Shown here in pieces: positions 1-14,200 of a DNA stretch of 64,000 nt. Numbering within the stretch: the stretch's first letter is position 1; the number at the start of each line of letters is the position of its first letter. Both the position numbers and the translations under genes were made by a program. Below the pieces are notes generated by a model. It made no database searches, was not told the DNA's origin, and saw only the letters and a program-made list of their open reading frames with translations. The stretch is taken from NCBI RefSeq assembly GCF_009914755.1, contig NC_060937.1, one strand, 5' to 3'. This DNA is from the human T2T-CHM13v2.0 reference genome, Homo sapiens.

Positions 1-3000
1 GCTCTTGGAAATCCTGTACTATGGCAGTGCAGAAGGAAAAGAACGGCTTTGAGTGACTATGCAGGACGCCACCATCCTCTAGACCCCAGATTCATAGACC
101 TACCAACAGTTCACACCCTCAGTATGGAAAAGTGATAGGCACTCAACACCAGACCAGCCCATGAGAGCATCCATGGGGGCTAAAGCCTGCAAAGCCACAG
201 GCCCACTGCCCTGGTAGAGGTTTTCCATGAGCCGCTGCCTCTGCAGCAGGCTACTCCCCCTTCCTACTACCCACCACCCTCCCACCACCCTACAGCCAGC
301 CTACACTTCCCCACCCTACTCACCCCTTTTTTCTTCCACCCATACCCCTCCCATCCATGATTAAATAATCTCACACCAGGCCCCAACTCCAACATTTGGG
401 ATTACAATTCCACATAAGTTTTTCCAGGGGCACATAGCCAAGTCATATTATGCTGACCTTGACCCCACCAAATCTCATATCCTTCTCACAGAATAAAATA
501 CAGTCGTGCCTTTTCAAAGTTTCCAAAAGCCTTAACTCATTCCCGCATTAACTCAAATGTAAAAAGTTCAAAGTCTCATCTGAGACAAGACTACAGTCTC
601 TTCTGCCTATGAGTCCCTGAAGTTAAAAGGGTGTTCATTTCTTTCAAGGTACAATGATGGTACAGATATTGGGTAAGCTTTCTCAATCCAAAGGGAAGAA
701 ATTTCCAAGAACAATAACACAAATGGAACCACAGGCCCAATGGACATCCAAAATCCCACAGGTCAGTTTTCATTCAATCTCACATCTCCAAAATCATGAA
801 GAGAACTCAATATCAGAAGGACAGCATTAAGGAGATGGTGTTTAACCATTTGTGAAGGATGCACCCCCACCCCTGCCTTACACCCCCAATCCCACCACAA
901 TCCCATCCAACCCTCCTCACCACCGAATCCCCCCCAACCATCCCCAACCCCCAACCATCCAACCTCCTCTCTCCATCATGATTAAAACACCTTCCACCAG
1001 CCCCCACCTTTAACATTTCCCATTAACATGCCACATGAGCTTTGGTAGAGACAGAGAGCCAAAACATATTATTCTCTCCCTGGTCCCCCAATGTTCATGT
1101 CTTTCTCACATTGCAAAATGCAATGATGCCTTCCCTAGAGTCTCTCAAATCTTAACTCATTCAAGCATTTACTCAAATCCCCAAAGCCCAGAGTCTTATC
1201 TGAGACAAGTCTACAGTCCCTTCTGCTCATGAGCCACTGAATTACATATAAAGGAAGTTTACTGCTTCCAAGGTGCAATGATTTTACAGGCATTGAGTAA
1301 GCATTCCCAGCCAAAAGGAAAACATTTGCGAGAAAGAAGCACAAAACACAGATGGGACTTACAGACCCCATGCAAGTCAAAAACCCAGCAAGCCAGTCAT
1401 TGAATCCTAAAGCTCCGAAGTCATCTTTTCTGAATCTATATCCCACATCTGGAGCACAGGGGTGGATGGCTGGGCTCCCAAGGCCTTGGGCAGCTCAGCA
1501 TCTGTGCCTGTGCAGGGTCTATCCCCCATAGATGCCCTCATGGGCTGGGCTGGTGTTGAGTGCCTGTGGCTTTTCCACACTGAGGATGCCAGCAGTTGGC
1601 GGGTCTATGAATCTGGGGTACGGAAAATGGTGCATTCCTGTGTGGGGGCTACAACCCCATATGTTCCTTCTGTACTGCCCTAGTAAAGGTTTCCCATGAG
1701 GCTCTGCCTCTTGGAAAAGCTTCTGCCTCAACACACAGGTTTTTCCATACATACTCTGGAGTCTAGACAAAGGCTCCCAAGCCTCCAGTTTTGTGCTCTG
1801 TGCACCTGCTGGCTTAGTACTATGTGGAAGCCACCAAGGTTTGAAGCTTGCACCCCTGAAGCAGTGATGCAAGCTGTACCTGTGCATCTTTCAGCCATGG
1901 CTGGAGCTGGAGCTGGAGCTGGAGATGCAGGGATGCAGGCAGCAGTGTCCTGAGGATGGACACAGCTGCGTGACCATGGGACTGACCCAGGAAAGTATTC
2001 TTCGGTCCTAGAACTCGGGGCCTGTGACAGCAAGCTCTGCTGCAAAGGTCTCTGAAATGGCTTCAAGGCCTTTTAGACATTGTCTTAGCTATAAGCACTG
2101 GGTTCCATTTTATGCAAATTTCTGAAGCCTTCTTGAATTTTCCCACTGAAAATCAGCTTTGCTTTTTGACCACATGGCCAGGCTGCAAATTTTCCAAACT
2201 TTTAAGCCCTGCTTCTCATGTAAATATAATTTTCAATTTGAGGTCATTTATTCAGTCACAGAGAAGACCACAGGCTGTTCAAAACAGACAAGACACCTCT
2301 TGAACTTTGCTGCCTACTTCATTTCACCAGATATACCCAAAATCATCACACTCAAGTTCAAAGTTTCAGAGGTCTCCAGGGCAGGGACACCATCCAGCCA
2401 AGTTCTTTGCTAAGTCAAAACAAAAGTAACCTTGACTCCTCTTCCCAGTAAGTTGCTCATTTTCATCTGAGACCTTCTAAGCCTGGCCTTCACTGTCCAT
2501 CCTTCAGTCACTCTTTTAATTATAGCTATGTAACAAGTCTCTATGGTCACCCTTTTAACACATCTCTACAATAGTCCAAATTTTCCCTTATCTTTCTGTC
2601 TTCTTCCAAGCCCCCCAAACTGTGCAGCGTCCAGTCGTTACCCACTTCTGAACCTCATTCTACATTTTCAGCTACCGTTGTGGCAGCCTGGCAATGTGGT
2701 AAAAGAAGAAAAGTCCATTTTCAGGGGGAAAATTCAAGAAGGCTTCAGATATTTCCATATAAAGGAAGCCAAATGCTAATAGTCAAAAAAAAAAAATGAG
2801 GAAAAAACCTTGAAGGCATTTCATAGCTCCACTCTACAGTACAAATTTTCTGTAATATTATTTTTTAAAGAGGTTTAATTGGCTCATGTTTCTGCAGGAT
2901 GTAAAGGCAGCAAGTGGTTTCTGCTTCTGGGAGGACTCAGGGAGCCTCCCAATCATACCAAAAGGCCAAGTGACAATGAGGTGTTCCATATGGCAGGAGT

Positions 3001-6000
3001 AGGAAGAAGACACAGAGAGGGAAGAGGTGCCACACCAGGTAATACAACCAGATCTCATGAGAACTCACTATCAGGAGATCAGCATCAGGAAGATTAACCA
3101 ATGGTGAAGGATCCACCCACACCACCACCTACTGTTTCCAGGCAGAAGCCTCCTGCAGAGGCAGAACCTCTTAGAGAACCTCTACGAGTGCAGTGCAGAA
3201 GGAAAATATGGGCTTGGAGACCCCACACAGGAGGCCACCATCCTGCAGACTGCAGATTCATAGACCCACCAACAGCTTGCACTCTCTGCGTGGAAAAGCT
3301 ACAGGCACTCCACACCAGCCCAGCCCATGAGAGCAGCCATGGGGGCTACACCCTGCAAAGCCACAGGTGCACTGCCCTAGTACAGACTTTCCATGAGCCT
3401 CTGCCTCTGCAGCAGGCTACTCCCCCTTCCTGCTACCCACCACCCTCTCACCACCCTACTAACAACCTACTCCTCACCCTACCCACCCCTTTTCCTTCCA
3501 CACCCGCCCCCCTCCCATCCATGATTAAATCACCTCCAGCCAGGCCCCACCTCCAACATTAAGGATTACAATTCACATGAGTTTTGGTAAAGAAACACAG
3601 CCAAATCATATTATTCTGACCCTGATCCCCACAGTCTCATATCCTTCTCACAGAGCAAAATATATTCATGCCTTTTCAAAAGTTTCCAGAAGTCTTAAAT
3701 CATTCCAACATTAACTCAAATGTAAGAAAATCAACATCTCATCTGGGAGAAGTGTACAGTACGTTTTGCCTATGAGTCCCTGAATTTAAAAGGATGTTCT
3801 TTTCTTTCAAGGTACAATAATGGTACTGGCTTTGGGTAAGCTTTTTCAATCCAAAGGGAAGAAATTTCCCAGGAAGAAAACAGAAATGGGACCACAGGCC
3901 TAATACAAGTCCAAAACCCAGAAGGCCAGTATCCATTCAATCTTACAGCTCCAAAGTCATGAAGAGAACTATCACAAGGACAGCAATAAGGAGATTGTTT
4001 AATCATTTGGGAAGGATCCGCCCCCCAACTCCAATTTTCACTCCTCACCCACACCATAAATCCCCGATTCTCCCTACGCCCCATCTTCCAACACCCACTC
4101 TCCACCGTGATTAAATCACCTTCCACCAGGCCCCACCTTTAACATTCCAATGACAATTCCACATGAGTTTTGGTAGAGACACAGAGCTGAATTTTATTAT
4201 TCTGTCCCTGGCTCCCAAAATCTCATGTCCTTCTCACGTTGCAAAATACAATGATGCCTTCCCTACAGTCTCCTAAAATCTTATAACATTACAGCATTTA
4301 TACACATGTTCAAAGCTTAAAGTCTCATCTGGCATAAGGCTACAGTTGCTTAGGCCCATGAGCCTCTGAAATATAAAGCAAGTTAACTACTTCCAAGGTA
4401 CAATGCTTGTACAGGCATTGGGTAAGCATTCCCAGCCAAAAGGAAGAATTTTGCCAGGAAAAAACAAAACACAGACAGGACTTACTGGCCGCATGAAACT
4501 CCAAACCCAGAAGGCCAGTCATTCAATCCTACAGCTCCAAAATCACCCTTTTTGAAACCCTGTCCCACATCCAGGGCACAGGGGTGTGAGGGCTGTGCCC
4601 CCAAGGCCTTGGGCAGCTTGGCACCTGTGTCTTTGCAGGGTTTATGCCCATGGCTGCCCTCATGGGCTTGGCTGGTGTTGAGTGCCTGTGACTTTTCCCC
4701 ACGAAGGATACAAGTTGTTGGGTGTCTATGAATCTGTGGTCTGCATGATGGTGGCCTCCAGTGTGGAGGCTCCAACCCCATGTTTTCGTTCTGCACTGCT
4801 CTAGTAGAAGTTTCATATAATGCTCTGCCTTCTTGGGATGCTTTTGCCTGGACACCCAGGCATTTCCATACATCTTCCAAAATCTATGGAGAGGTTCCCA
4901 AGCCTCTAGTCTCATGCTCCGTCCACCAGTGGCTTAACACTATGAGGAACTTACCAAGGCTTCTAGCCGGCACCCTCTGTAGCAGTGACCCAAGCTGTAC
5001 CTGTGCATCTTTCAGTCATGGCTGGAGCTGGAGCTGGAGCTGGAGCTGCAGGGATGCAGGCAGCAGTGTCCTGAGGCTGCACACAGAAGGGGGTCATGGA
5101 ACTCCACCAGGAAACCATTCTTCTCTCCTAGGCCCCAGGGCCTGTAACAGCAAGGGCTGCTGCAAAGGTCTCTGAAATGCCCTCAAGGCCTTTTCCCTAT
5201 TGTCTTGTCTATGAACACTGGGCTCCTTTTCAGGCAAGTTTCTGAAGCCTTCCTCAATTTTCCCCCTGAAAATCAGCTTTTCTTTTTGACCACATGGCCA
5301 GGCTGCAAATTTTCCAAACTTTTGAGTTCTGTTTCCCATGTAATGTAAGAGTTGGGACTCATTTAATGTAAGTCTCATCCAGAGGTCATTTCCTCCATCA
5401 CACATAAGAGCACAGGCTGTTTGATGCAGACAGGACACCTCATGAGCTTTGCTGCCCAGTTCATTCCACCAGATACTCAGTAAATCATCACCCTCAACTT
5501 CAAAGTTTCACAGATCTCCAGGGCAAGGTCACCGTGCAGCCACGTTCTTTGCTAAGGAAACAAAAGTAACTTTGACTTCTGTTCCCAGTAAGTGCTTCAT
5601 TTTCATCTGAGACCTTCTAAGTCGGGCTTTCACTGACCATTTTCCTGTGAGCCTTCTGATCACAAGTGTTTAACAATTCTTTACAAAGATCCAAACTTTC
5701 TTTCATCTTCTTGTCTCTGAAGCCCTCCAAACTCTCCCGACCTCTGTCCGCTACTCCCTTCTGAACCTGCTTCTACATTATCACTATCTTTGCACAGCCT
5801 GGCAATGTGGTAAAGGAAAACAAGTCCATTTTAAGGGGGAAAATTCATGAAGCCTTCACATACTTGAATGAAAAGAAGCTGAGTGCTGATTGCCAAGACA
5901 ATGGCATTTAATAGTTCCACTTTGCACTACTAATTTTCTCTATGATCATAAAGAAAAGAGGTTTAATTGGCTCATGATTCTGCAGGCCATAAGGAAACAT

Positions 6001-6590
6001 AATGGCTTCTGAATCTGGGAGGACTCAGGAAGCCTTCCAATCATACCAGAATGTCCAGGGGCGATGAGATGATTCATGTGGCAGGAGTAGGCACAAGACA
6101 GACACAGGAGAGAGTGCCACACCCTATTATACAACCAGATCTCATGAGAACTCACTATCACAATGTCAGCATCATGAAGATGGTGCCTAAACATTGATGA
6201 AGGAACAACCACCCACCCCCAACTCCCACTATTTCTAAACAGAAGCCTGCTGCACAGGCAGAGCCTCTTGGAAAACCTCTACCAGGGAAGTGTGGAAGGA
6301 AAATATGGGCTTGAAGCCCCCATGCAGATGGCCACCAACCTCCAGACCCCAGATTCATAGACCCACCAACAGCTCACACCCTCTGTGGAAAAGCTACAGA
6401 CACTCAACAACAGCCCAGTCCGTGAGAGCAGCTGCAGGGGCTAAACCCTGCAAACCCACAGGTGCTGTGTCCTAGTAGAAGTTTTCCATGAGGCTTTGCC
6501 TCTGCAGCAGGCTACTCCCCCTTCCTACTACCCCTCACCCTCCCACCATTCTACTGCCAACCTACTCCTCCCCACCCTAACCAACCCTTT

Positions 6591-7140
6591 TGTGATAACC
6601 TACCTTGTATTAACCTGGTCGACTCTCCCTTAGCTGACAGAGCCAGACAGACTCCATCTTGGCTCCTTCACTTGCAGCCCCTTACCCACCCCCCTTCCTC
6701 AAGGACTTAACTTGTGCAAGCTGACTCCCAGCACATCAAAGAACGCAATTCCTGATAAGATACTCTGGCAAGCTACATCCACAGTTCCCGCCCTTCGCCC
6801 GGTTGATAGTACCCAAAACCCCCGCATTTGTGTCCAGTTGATAGCACCCAAAGCCCCCACATCTATCACATTTGGATGGATTTAAAGCCCCTGCACCTGG
6901 AACTGTTTGTTTTCCTGTAGCCATTTATCTTTTTAACTTTTTTGCCAGTTTTGCTGCTGTGAGATTCCTTCAGCTAGGCTCCCTGTCCCCCTTCTAAACC
7001 AAAGTATAAAAGAAAATCTAGCCCCTTCTTCCGGGCCAAGAGAATTTTGAGCACTAGCCGTCTCTCAGTTGCCGGCAATAAAGGTCTCCTGAAGTCGTCT
7101 CATGGTGTGGCGTTTCTCTACAACTCACTCGGTTACAACC
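6591..7140 (+). mobile_element. Solo LTR of an ERV1-class endogenous retrovirus (LTR6/HERVS71-like) inserted into one array unit
   Basis: About 550 bp absent from the other units. Starts TG, ends '...ctcggttacaac'; TATA-like gtataaaag at ~7004 and AATAAA at 7077-7082. Flanked by direct repeat acccttt (6584-6590 and 7138-7144). Subfamily name is from recall. Confidence 0.8.
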
Positions 7141-10100
7141 CTTTTCCTTCCACCCCAACCACCTCCAATCCATGATTAAATCATCTCCCCCAGGCGCTAC
7201 CTTCAACATTTGGAATTACAATTCCACCTCAGTTTTTATAGGGACACACAGCCAAACCATATTATTCTGACCCTGATATTCCAGAATCTCATGTCCTTAA
7301 CACAGAGCAAAATACCACCATGACTTCTCAAAAGTTTGCAAAAGTCTTAACTCATTCCAAATGTAAAAAATTCAGTCTCATATGAGACAACGCCACACAG
7401 TCCCTTCTGTCTATGAGTCCCTGAATTTAAAACGGAGTTCTTTTCTTTCAAGGTACAATGATGGTAGAGACATTGTGTAAGCTTTCTCAGTCCAAAGGGA
7501 AGAAATTTCCCAGAAAAATAACACAAATGGGCCCACAGGCCCAATGCAAGTCCAAAACCCAGCAGGGCAGTATTCACTCAATCTCTCAGCTCCAAAATCA
7601 TCAAGAGAACTCACTATCATGTGAACAGCATTAAGGAGAGTGTGTTTATCCATTTGTGAAACATCTGCCCCCACCCTCATCTTTCACTCCCACCCACAAA
7701 ATAATCTCCCCTATTTTCCCCACTCCCTTACCTCCAAACCCCATGCTTCTCCATGATTAAATCACCTCCCCCCAGGCCCCATTTTTAACATTCCCCATTA
7801 TAATCCCACATGATTTTGGTAGGGATGCAGAGCCAAATCATGTTATTCTGACCCTGGCCCCCATATCTCATGTTCTTCTCACACTGCAAAATACAATGAT
7901 GCCTTCTCTACAGTTTCCCAATGTCTTCACTCATTCCAGCATTTACTGAAATGTCCAAAGCCCAAAGTCTCTTCTGAGACAAGGCTGCAGTCCCTTCTGC
8001 CCCTGAGCCTCTGAAATACAAAGCAAGTTAACTTTTTCCAAGGTACAATGATTTTACAGGCATTGGGTAAATATTCCCAGCCAAAAGGAAAAAATTTGCC
8101 AGAAAGAATCACAAAACACTGTTGAGACTTACAGACACTGTGCAAGTCAAAAACCCAGCAGGACGGTAATTGAATCTTACAGCTCCAAATCATTTTTTTT
8201 TAATCCAGATCCCACATCCAGAGCACAAGGGTATGAGGCCTGGGCTCCCAAGGCCTTGGGCAGCTCTGCACCTGTGGCTTTGCAAGGTCTAACCTCCACA
8301 GTGGCTCTCATGGGCTGGGCTGGTGTTGAGTACCTGCAGCTTTTCCACAATGAGGGTGCAAGCTGTTAGAAAGTCTATGAATCTGGCCCTTGTGGAATGG
8401 TGCCTCCCTGTATGGGGGTTCCAACCCTATATGTTCCTTCTGTACTGCCCTAGTAAAGGAGGCTCTGCCTCTTGGAAAATTCTGACCTGGACACCCAGGT
8501 TTTTCCATATGTACTCTGGAGTCTAGACAAAGGATCCCCAGCTTCCAGTTTTGTGCTCTGCGCACCTGCTGGCTTAACACCATGTGGAAGCCACCAAAGC
8601 TTGCAGCTTGTGCCCTCTGAAGCAGTGACACAAGCTGTACCTGTGCATCTTTCAGCCATGGCTGAAGCTGGAGCTTCAGGAATGCAGCCAGCAGTGTCCT
8701 GAGGATGGACACAGCAGCTGGGCCACGGTGCTGGAGAAGGAAACCATTCTTTTCTCCCAGGCCTCAGGGCCTGTGATAGCAAGGGCTGCTGCAAAAGTCT
8801 CTGAAATGCCTTCAAGGCCTTTTTAACACTGTATTGGCTAATAGCACTGAACTCCATTTTATGCAAATTTCTGAAGACTTCTTGAACTTTCTCACTGACA
8901 ATCAGCTTTTCTTTTTGACCACTTGGCCAGGCTGCAAGTTTTCCAAACTTTTAAATATGTTTCACCATGAGGTCATTTCTTTGGTCACATGTAGGACTAC
9001 AGGCTGTTCAACACAGACAGGACACCTCTTAAGCTTTGCTGCCTAAAATTTCCTTCCACCAGATACACTCTAAATTATCACCCTGATGTTCAAAATTTCA
9101 CAGGTCTCCAGGTTAGGGGCATCGTGCAGCAACGTTCTTTGCTAAGAAAAAAACAAAAGTGACCTTGCCTCCTGTTCCCAGCAAATTCCTCATTTTCATG
9201 TAAGACCTTCTAAGCCTGGTGATCACTGTCCATCCTTCTGCCACCTTTTTAATTACAACTATTTGACAAGTCTCTACACTGATCCAAACTTTTCCTCATC
9301 TTCCTGTCTTCTTCCAAGACCTCCAAACTCTCCAACCTCTGGCCATTACACACTTCTCAACCTGCTTCTACATTTTCAGCTACATGTGTCACAGCCTGGC
9401 AATGTGGTAAAAGAAGAAAAGTCCATTTCAGGAGAAAAATTAATGCAGGCTTCAGACATTTGCCTGAAAAGAAGCTGAGTGCTGATTGCCAAGACAATAA
9501 GGAAAAGGTCTTGAAGGCATTTCATAGCTCCACTTCACAGCACTAATTTTCTGTATAATCAGAAAGAAAAGAGGTTGAACTGGCTCATGGTTCTGCAAGC
9601 CTTAAATAAGTCATAGAGGCTGCTGCCTCTGGGAGGACTCAGGAAGCCTTCCAATCATACCAGAAGACCAAGCAGCAATGGGAAGTTTTATATGGCAGAA
9701 GTAGAAACAAGACAGAGAGAGGAAAAAGGTGCCACATGTGTGTATAAACCTGTTATACAACCAGATTTCCTGAGAACTCACTATCACAAGGTCAGCATCA
9801 AGAAGATGTTGCTTAACCACTGGTGAAAGATCTGCCCCCTGCCACCCCCACCCCCCACTGTTTCCAGGCAGAAGCCTGAGGCAGAGGCAGAGCCACTAGG
9901 AAAACCTCTACTAGGGCAGTGCAGAAAAAATATATGGGCTTGGAGGACCCACACAGGAGGTTACCAACCTCCAGACCCCAGATTCATAGACGCATCAGCA
10001 GCTTGCACTCTCAGTATGGAAAAGCTACAGGCACTCAACACCAGCCCAGCCCATGAGAGCAACCATGGGGCTAAAGCCTTCAAAGCCACAGGTGCACTGC

Positions 10101-11039
10101 CCTGGTATAGAGGTTTTCCATGAGCCTCTGCCTCTGCAGCAGGCTACGCCCCCTTTCTACTGCCCACCACCCTCTCACCACCCTACTGCCAGCCTATTCT
10201 TCCCCACCCTACCCACTTGTTTTTTTTCCACCCCTACCACTCTCCCGTTTTTGGTTAAAACACCTCCCACCAGACCCTACCTACAACAGTCAGGAATACA
10301 AGTCCCCATGAGTTTTTGTAGGGAAACACAGCCAAACCATATTATTCTGACCCTGACACCCCCACATCTCATGTCCTTCTCACATAGAAAAATACAAACA
10401 TGCCTTTTCAAAAGTTTTGAAAAGTCTTAACTCACTCCAGCAGTAACTCAAATGTAGTAAGTTCAAGTCTCAACCAAGAGAAGGCTGCAATCCCTTCTGC
10501 CTATGAGTCCCTGAATGTAAAAGACAATTCTTTTCTTTCAAGTTACAATGATGGCACAGGCACTGGGTAAGCTTTCTCAATCCAAAGGGAAGATTTTCCC
10601 AGAAAAATAACACAAATGGGACACAGGCCCAATCCGAGTCCAAAACCCAGCAGGACAGCATTCATTTACCATGAGAACTCACTATCACACAGACTGCATT
10701 AAGGAGATAGTATTTGACCATTTGTGAAGGATCTGCCACCCATCCCCACGTTTCACCCCCACCCATACCATGCACCCCCATTCTCCCACATCCCCCTTCC
10801 AATCCCCATTCTCTACCATGATTAAATCACCTTCTACCAAGCCCCACATTTAACATTCCCCATTACAATTCCACATGAGTTTTGGTAGGGACACAGAGCC
10901 AAATCATATTATTCTCCCTTTGGCCCCCCAATCTCATGTCTTTCTCATACTGCAAAATACAATGATGCATTCTCTACAGTCCCCCAATGTCTGAACTCAT
11001 TCCAGCATTTACTCAAATGTCCATTTGTGAAGGATCCAC

Positions 11040-11225
11040 CCTCACCCCTGCCTTTCACCCCCAACCCCACCACAATCCCCCCAACCCTCACCACCCCCCA
11101 ATCCCCCACCTCCCCACCACAATCCCCCCAACCCTCCCCACCCCCCAATTCCCCCCAACCCTCCCCACCCCCCAATTCCCCCAACCCTCCCCACCCTCCC
11201 AACCGTCCAACCTCCACCCTCCACC
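11040..11225. repeat. C-rich low-complexity tract with ~24-bp tandem units
   Basis: 'ccccaaccctccccaccccccaatt'-like unit repeated 3-4 times; an expanded form of the C-rich tract present in every array unit. Confidence 0.8.
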
Positions 11226-14200
11226 ATGATTAAATCACCTTCCACCAGCCCCCACCTTTAACATTTCCCATTAAAATTCCACATGAGTTTTGGTAGAGAC
11301 ACAGAGCCAAAACATATTATTCTGTCCCTGGTCCCCCAAAATTCATGTCTTTCTCACATTGCAAAATGCAATGATGCCTTCCCTAGAGTCCCCCAAGTCT
11401 TAACTCATCCCAGCATTTACTCAAATATCCAAAGCCCAAAGTCTCTTCTGAGAGAAGGCTGCCATATCTTTTGCCCCGAGCCTCTGAAATACAAAGCAAG
11501 ATAACCACTTCCAAGGTGCAATGATTGTACAGGCATTGGGTAAGCATTCCCAGCCAAAAGGAAGAAATTTGCCAGAAAGAAGCACAAAACACAGATGGGA
11601 CTTACAAACTCCCTGCAAGTCAAAAACCCGGCAGGCCAGTCATTCCATCATACAGCTCCAAATCATCTTTTTGGAATCTATGTCCACATCCAGAGCACAG
11701 GGTGCTGTGACAGCTGGGATCCCAAGGCCTTGGGCAGCTCTGCATCTGTGGCATTGCAGAATCTTTCCCCCACAGCTGCCCTCATTGGCTAGGCTGGTGT
11801 TGAGTGCCTGTAACTTTTAAACACTAAGGGTGCAAGCAGTTGGTGGGTCTATGAAACTGGGGTCTGCAAAATGGTGCCTCCCTGTGTGGGGACTCCAACC
11901 CTATACTCTCCTTCTGTACTGCCCCAGAAGAGGTTTACCATGAGGCTCTGCCTCTTGGAAAAGCTTCTGGCTTGACACTCAAGCTTTCCAATATATCCTC
12001 TGGATTCTAGATGAAGGATCTGAAGCTTGTAGTCCTGTGCTTTATGCACCTGCTGCCTTAACACTATGTGGAAGCCACCAAGGCTTGGAGCTTGCATCCT
12101 CTGAAGCAGTGACACAAGCTGTACCTGTGCATCTTTCATCCATGGCTGGAGCTGGAGATGGAGCTGCAGGGATGCAGGCAGCAGTGTCCTGAGGCTGCAC
12201 ACAGCAGTGGAGCCATGGGGTTGGGCCAGGAAACTATTCTTTTCTCCTAAGCCCCAGGGCCCGTGACAGCAAGGTCGGCCAAGAAGGTCTCTGAAATGCC
12301 TTCAAGGCCTTTTTCCCATTGTCTTGAATTATTGGCACTGGGATCCTTTTTATGCAAATATCCGAGGCCTTCTTGATTTTCCCCCTGAAAATCAGCTTTT
12401 CTTTTGGACCAGATTACAAATTTCCCCATTGTTGAAGCTCTGCTTGTCATTTAAATATAAGTTCCAACTTATGGTCATTTCTTTGATCACACATAGGTGC
12501 ACAGGCTGTTCGATGTAGGCAGGACAACTCTTGAGCTTTGCTGCTTAGAAGTTCATTCCACCAGATACATCCTAAATCATCACCCTCAAGTTCAGTTTCA
12601 CAGATCTCCCGGGAAGGGTCACTGTGTAGCCAATTACTTTGCTAAGGCAAAAGAAAAAAACCTTGGCTCCTGTTCCCAGTAAGTTCCTCATTTTCATCTG
12701 AGACCTTACAAACCTGGCCTTCACTGTCCATCCTTCTGTCAGCCTTTTAATCACAACTATTTAACAAGTCTCTGCAATGGTCCATACTTTCCCTCATCTT
12801 CCTGTCTTCTTCCAAGCTCTCCAAACTCTCGAACGTCTGGCCATTACCCAATTTGGAACCTGCTTCTACACTGTCAGCTATCTCTGTTGCAGCCTGGCAA
12901 TGTGGTAAAAGAAAAGTCCATTATCAGGGGGAAACATCAAGAAGGCCTCCAATATCTGCATTGAGAAAAGCTCAGTGCTAATAGCCAAGAGATTGGGGGA
13001 AAGGCCTAGAAGTCATTTCATAGCTTCCCTTCACAACATTAATTTTCTGTATCTACATAAAGAAAATAGGTCTAATTGACTCACAGTTCTTCAGGCTGTA
13101 AAGAAAGCACAGTGGTTTCTGCTTGTAGGAGGACTCAGGAAGCCTCCCAATTATACCAGAAGGCCAAGCAGCAATGAAATGTTTCATATGGCAGGAGTAG
13201 AAGCAAGACAGAGAGAGGAAAGAGGTGCGACATCCTGTTATACAACTAGATCTCATGAGAGGTCAGTATCAGGAGATCAGCATCAAGAAGATGGTGCTTC
13301 ACTGTTGGTGAAGGATCCGCCCACTATCCCATATCCACCACCCACTGTTTCCAAGCAGAAGCCTGAGGCAGAGGCAGATCCTCTTGGAAAACCTCTACTA
13401 GGGCAGTGCAGAAGGAATATATGGGCTTGGAGCCCCCATGACACCATCTTCCAGACCCAAGAGTCATAGACCCACCAACAGCTCACACCCCCAGTATGGA
13501 AAAGCTACAGGCACTCAACATCAGCCCAGCCCACGAGAGCAGCTACAGGTGCTAAACCCTGCAAAGCCACAGGTGCACTGCCTTAGTAGAGTTTTTCCAC
13601 GAGCCTCTGCCTCTGCGGCAGGCTACTCCCCTCCTGCTACACACCACCCTACAGCCAGCTCACCCCTCCCAACCTTACCCACCTGTTTTTACTTCCAACC
13701 CCACCCCTGTCCCAACCATGAATAAATCACCTCCCACCAGGCCCCACCTGCAACATTCGGGATTACAATTACATGTGAGTTTAGGTAGGGACACACAGCT
13801 ATACCTTATTATTCTGACCATGATCCCCCGAATATCATATCCTTCTCACAGAGTAAAATACAATCAGGCCTTTTCAAAAGATGTCGAAAGTCTTAAGTCA
13901 TTTCAGCATTAACTCAAATGTAAAAAGTTCAACATCTCACCTGAGAAAAGGCTAAAGTCCCTTTTGCCTATAAGCTCCTGAATTTAAAAGGGAGTCCTTT
14001 TATTTCAAGGTACAATGATGATACAGGCATTTGGTAAGTTTTCTCAATCCAAAGGGGAGAGGTTTGCCAGGAAAATAACACAAATGGGATCACAGGGCCA
14101 ATGCAAGTCCAAAACCCAGGAGGCCAGTATCCATTCAATCTCACGGCTCCAAAACCATCACGAGAACTCACCATCATGAGGAAAGGATTAAGGAGATGGT

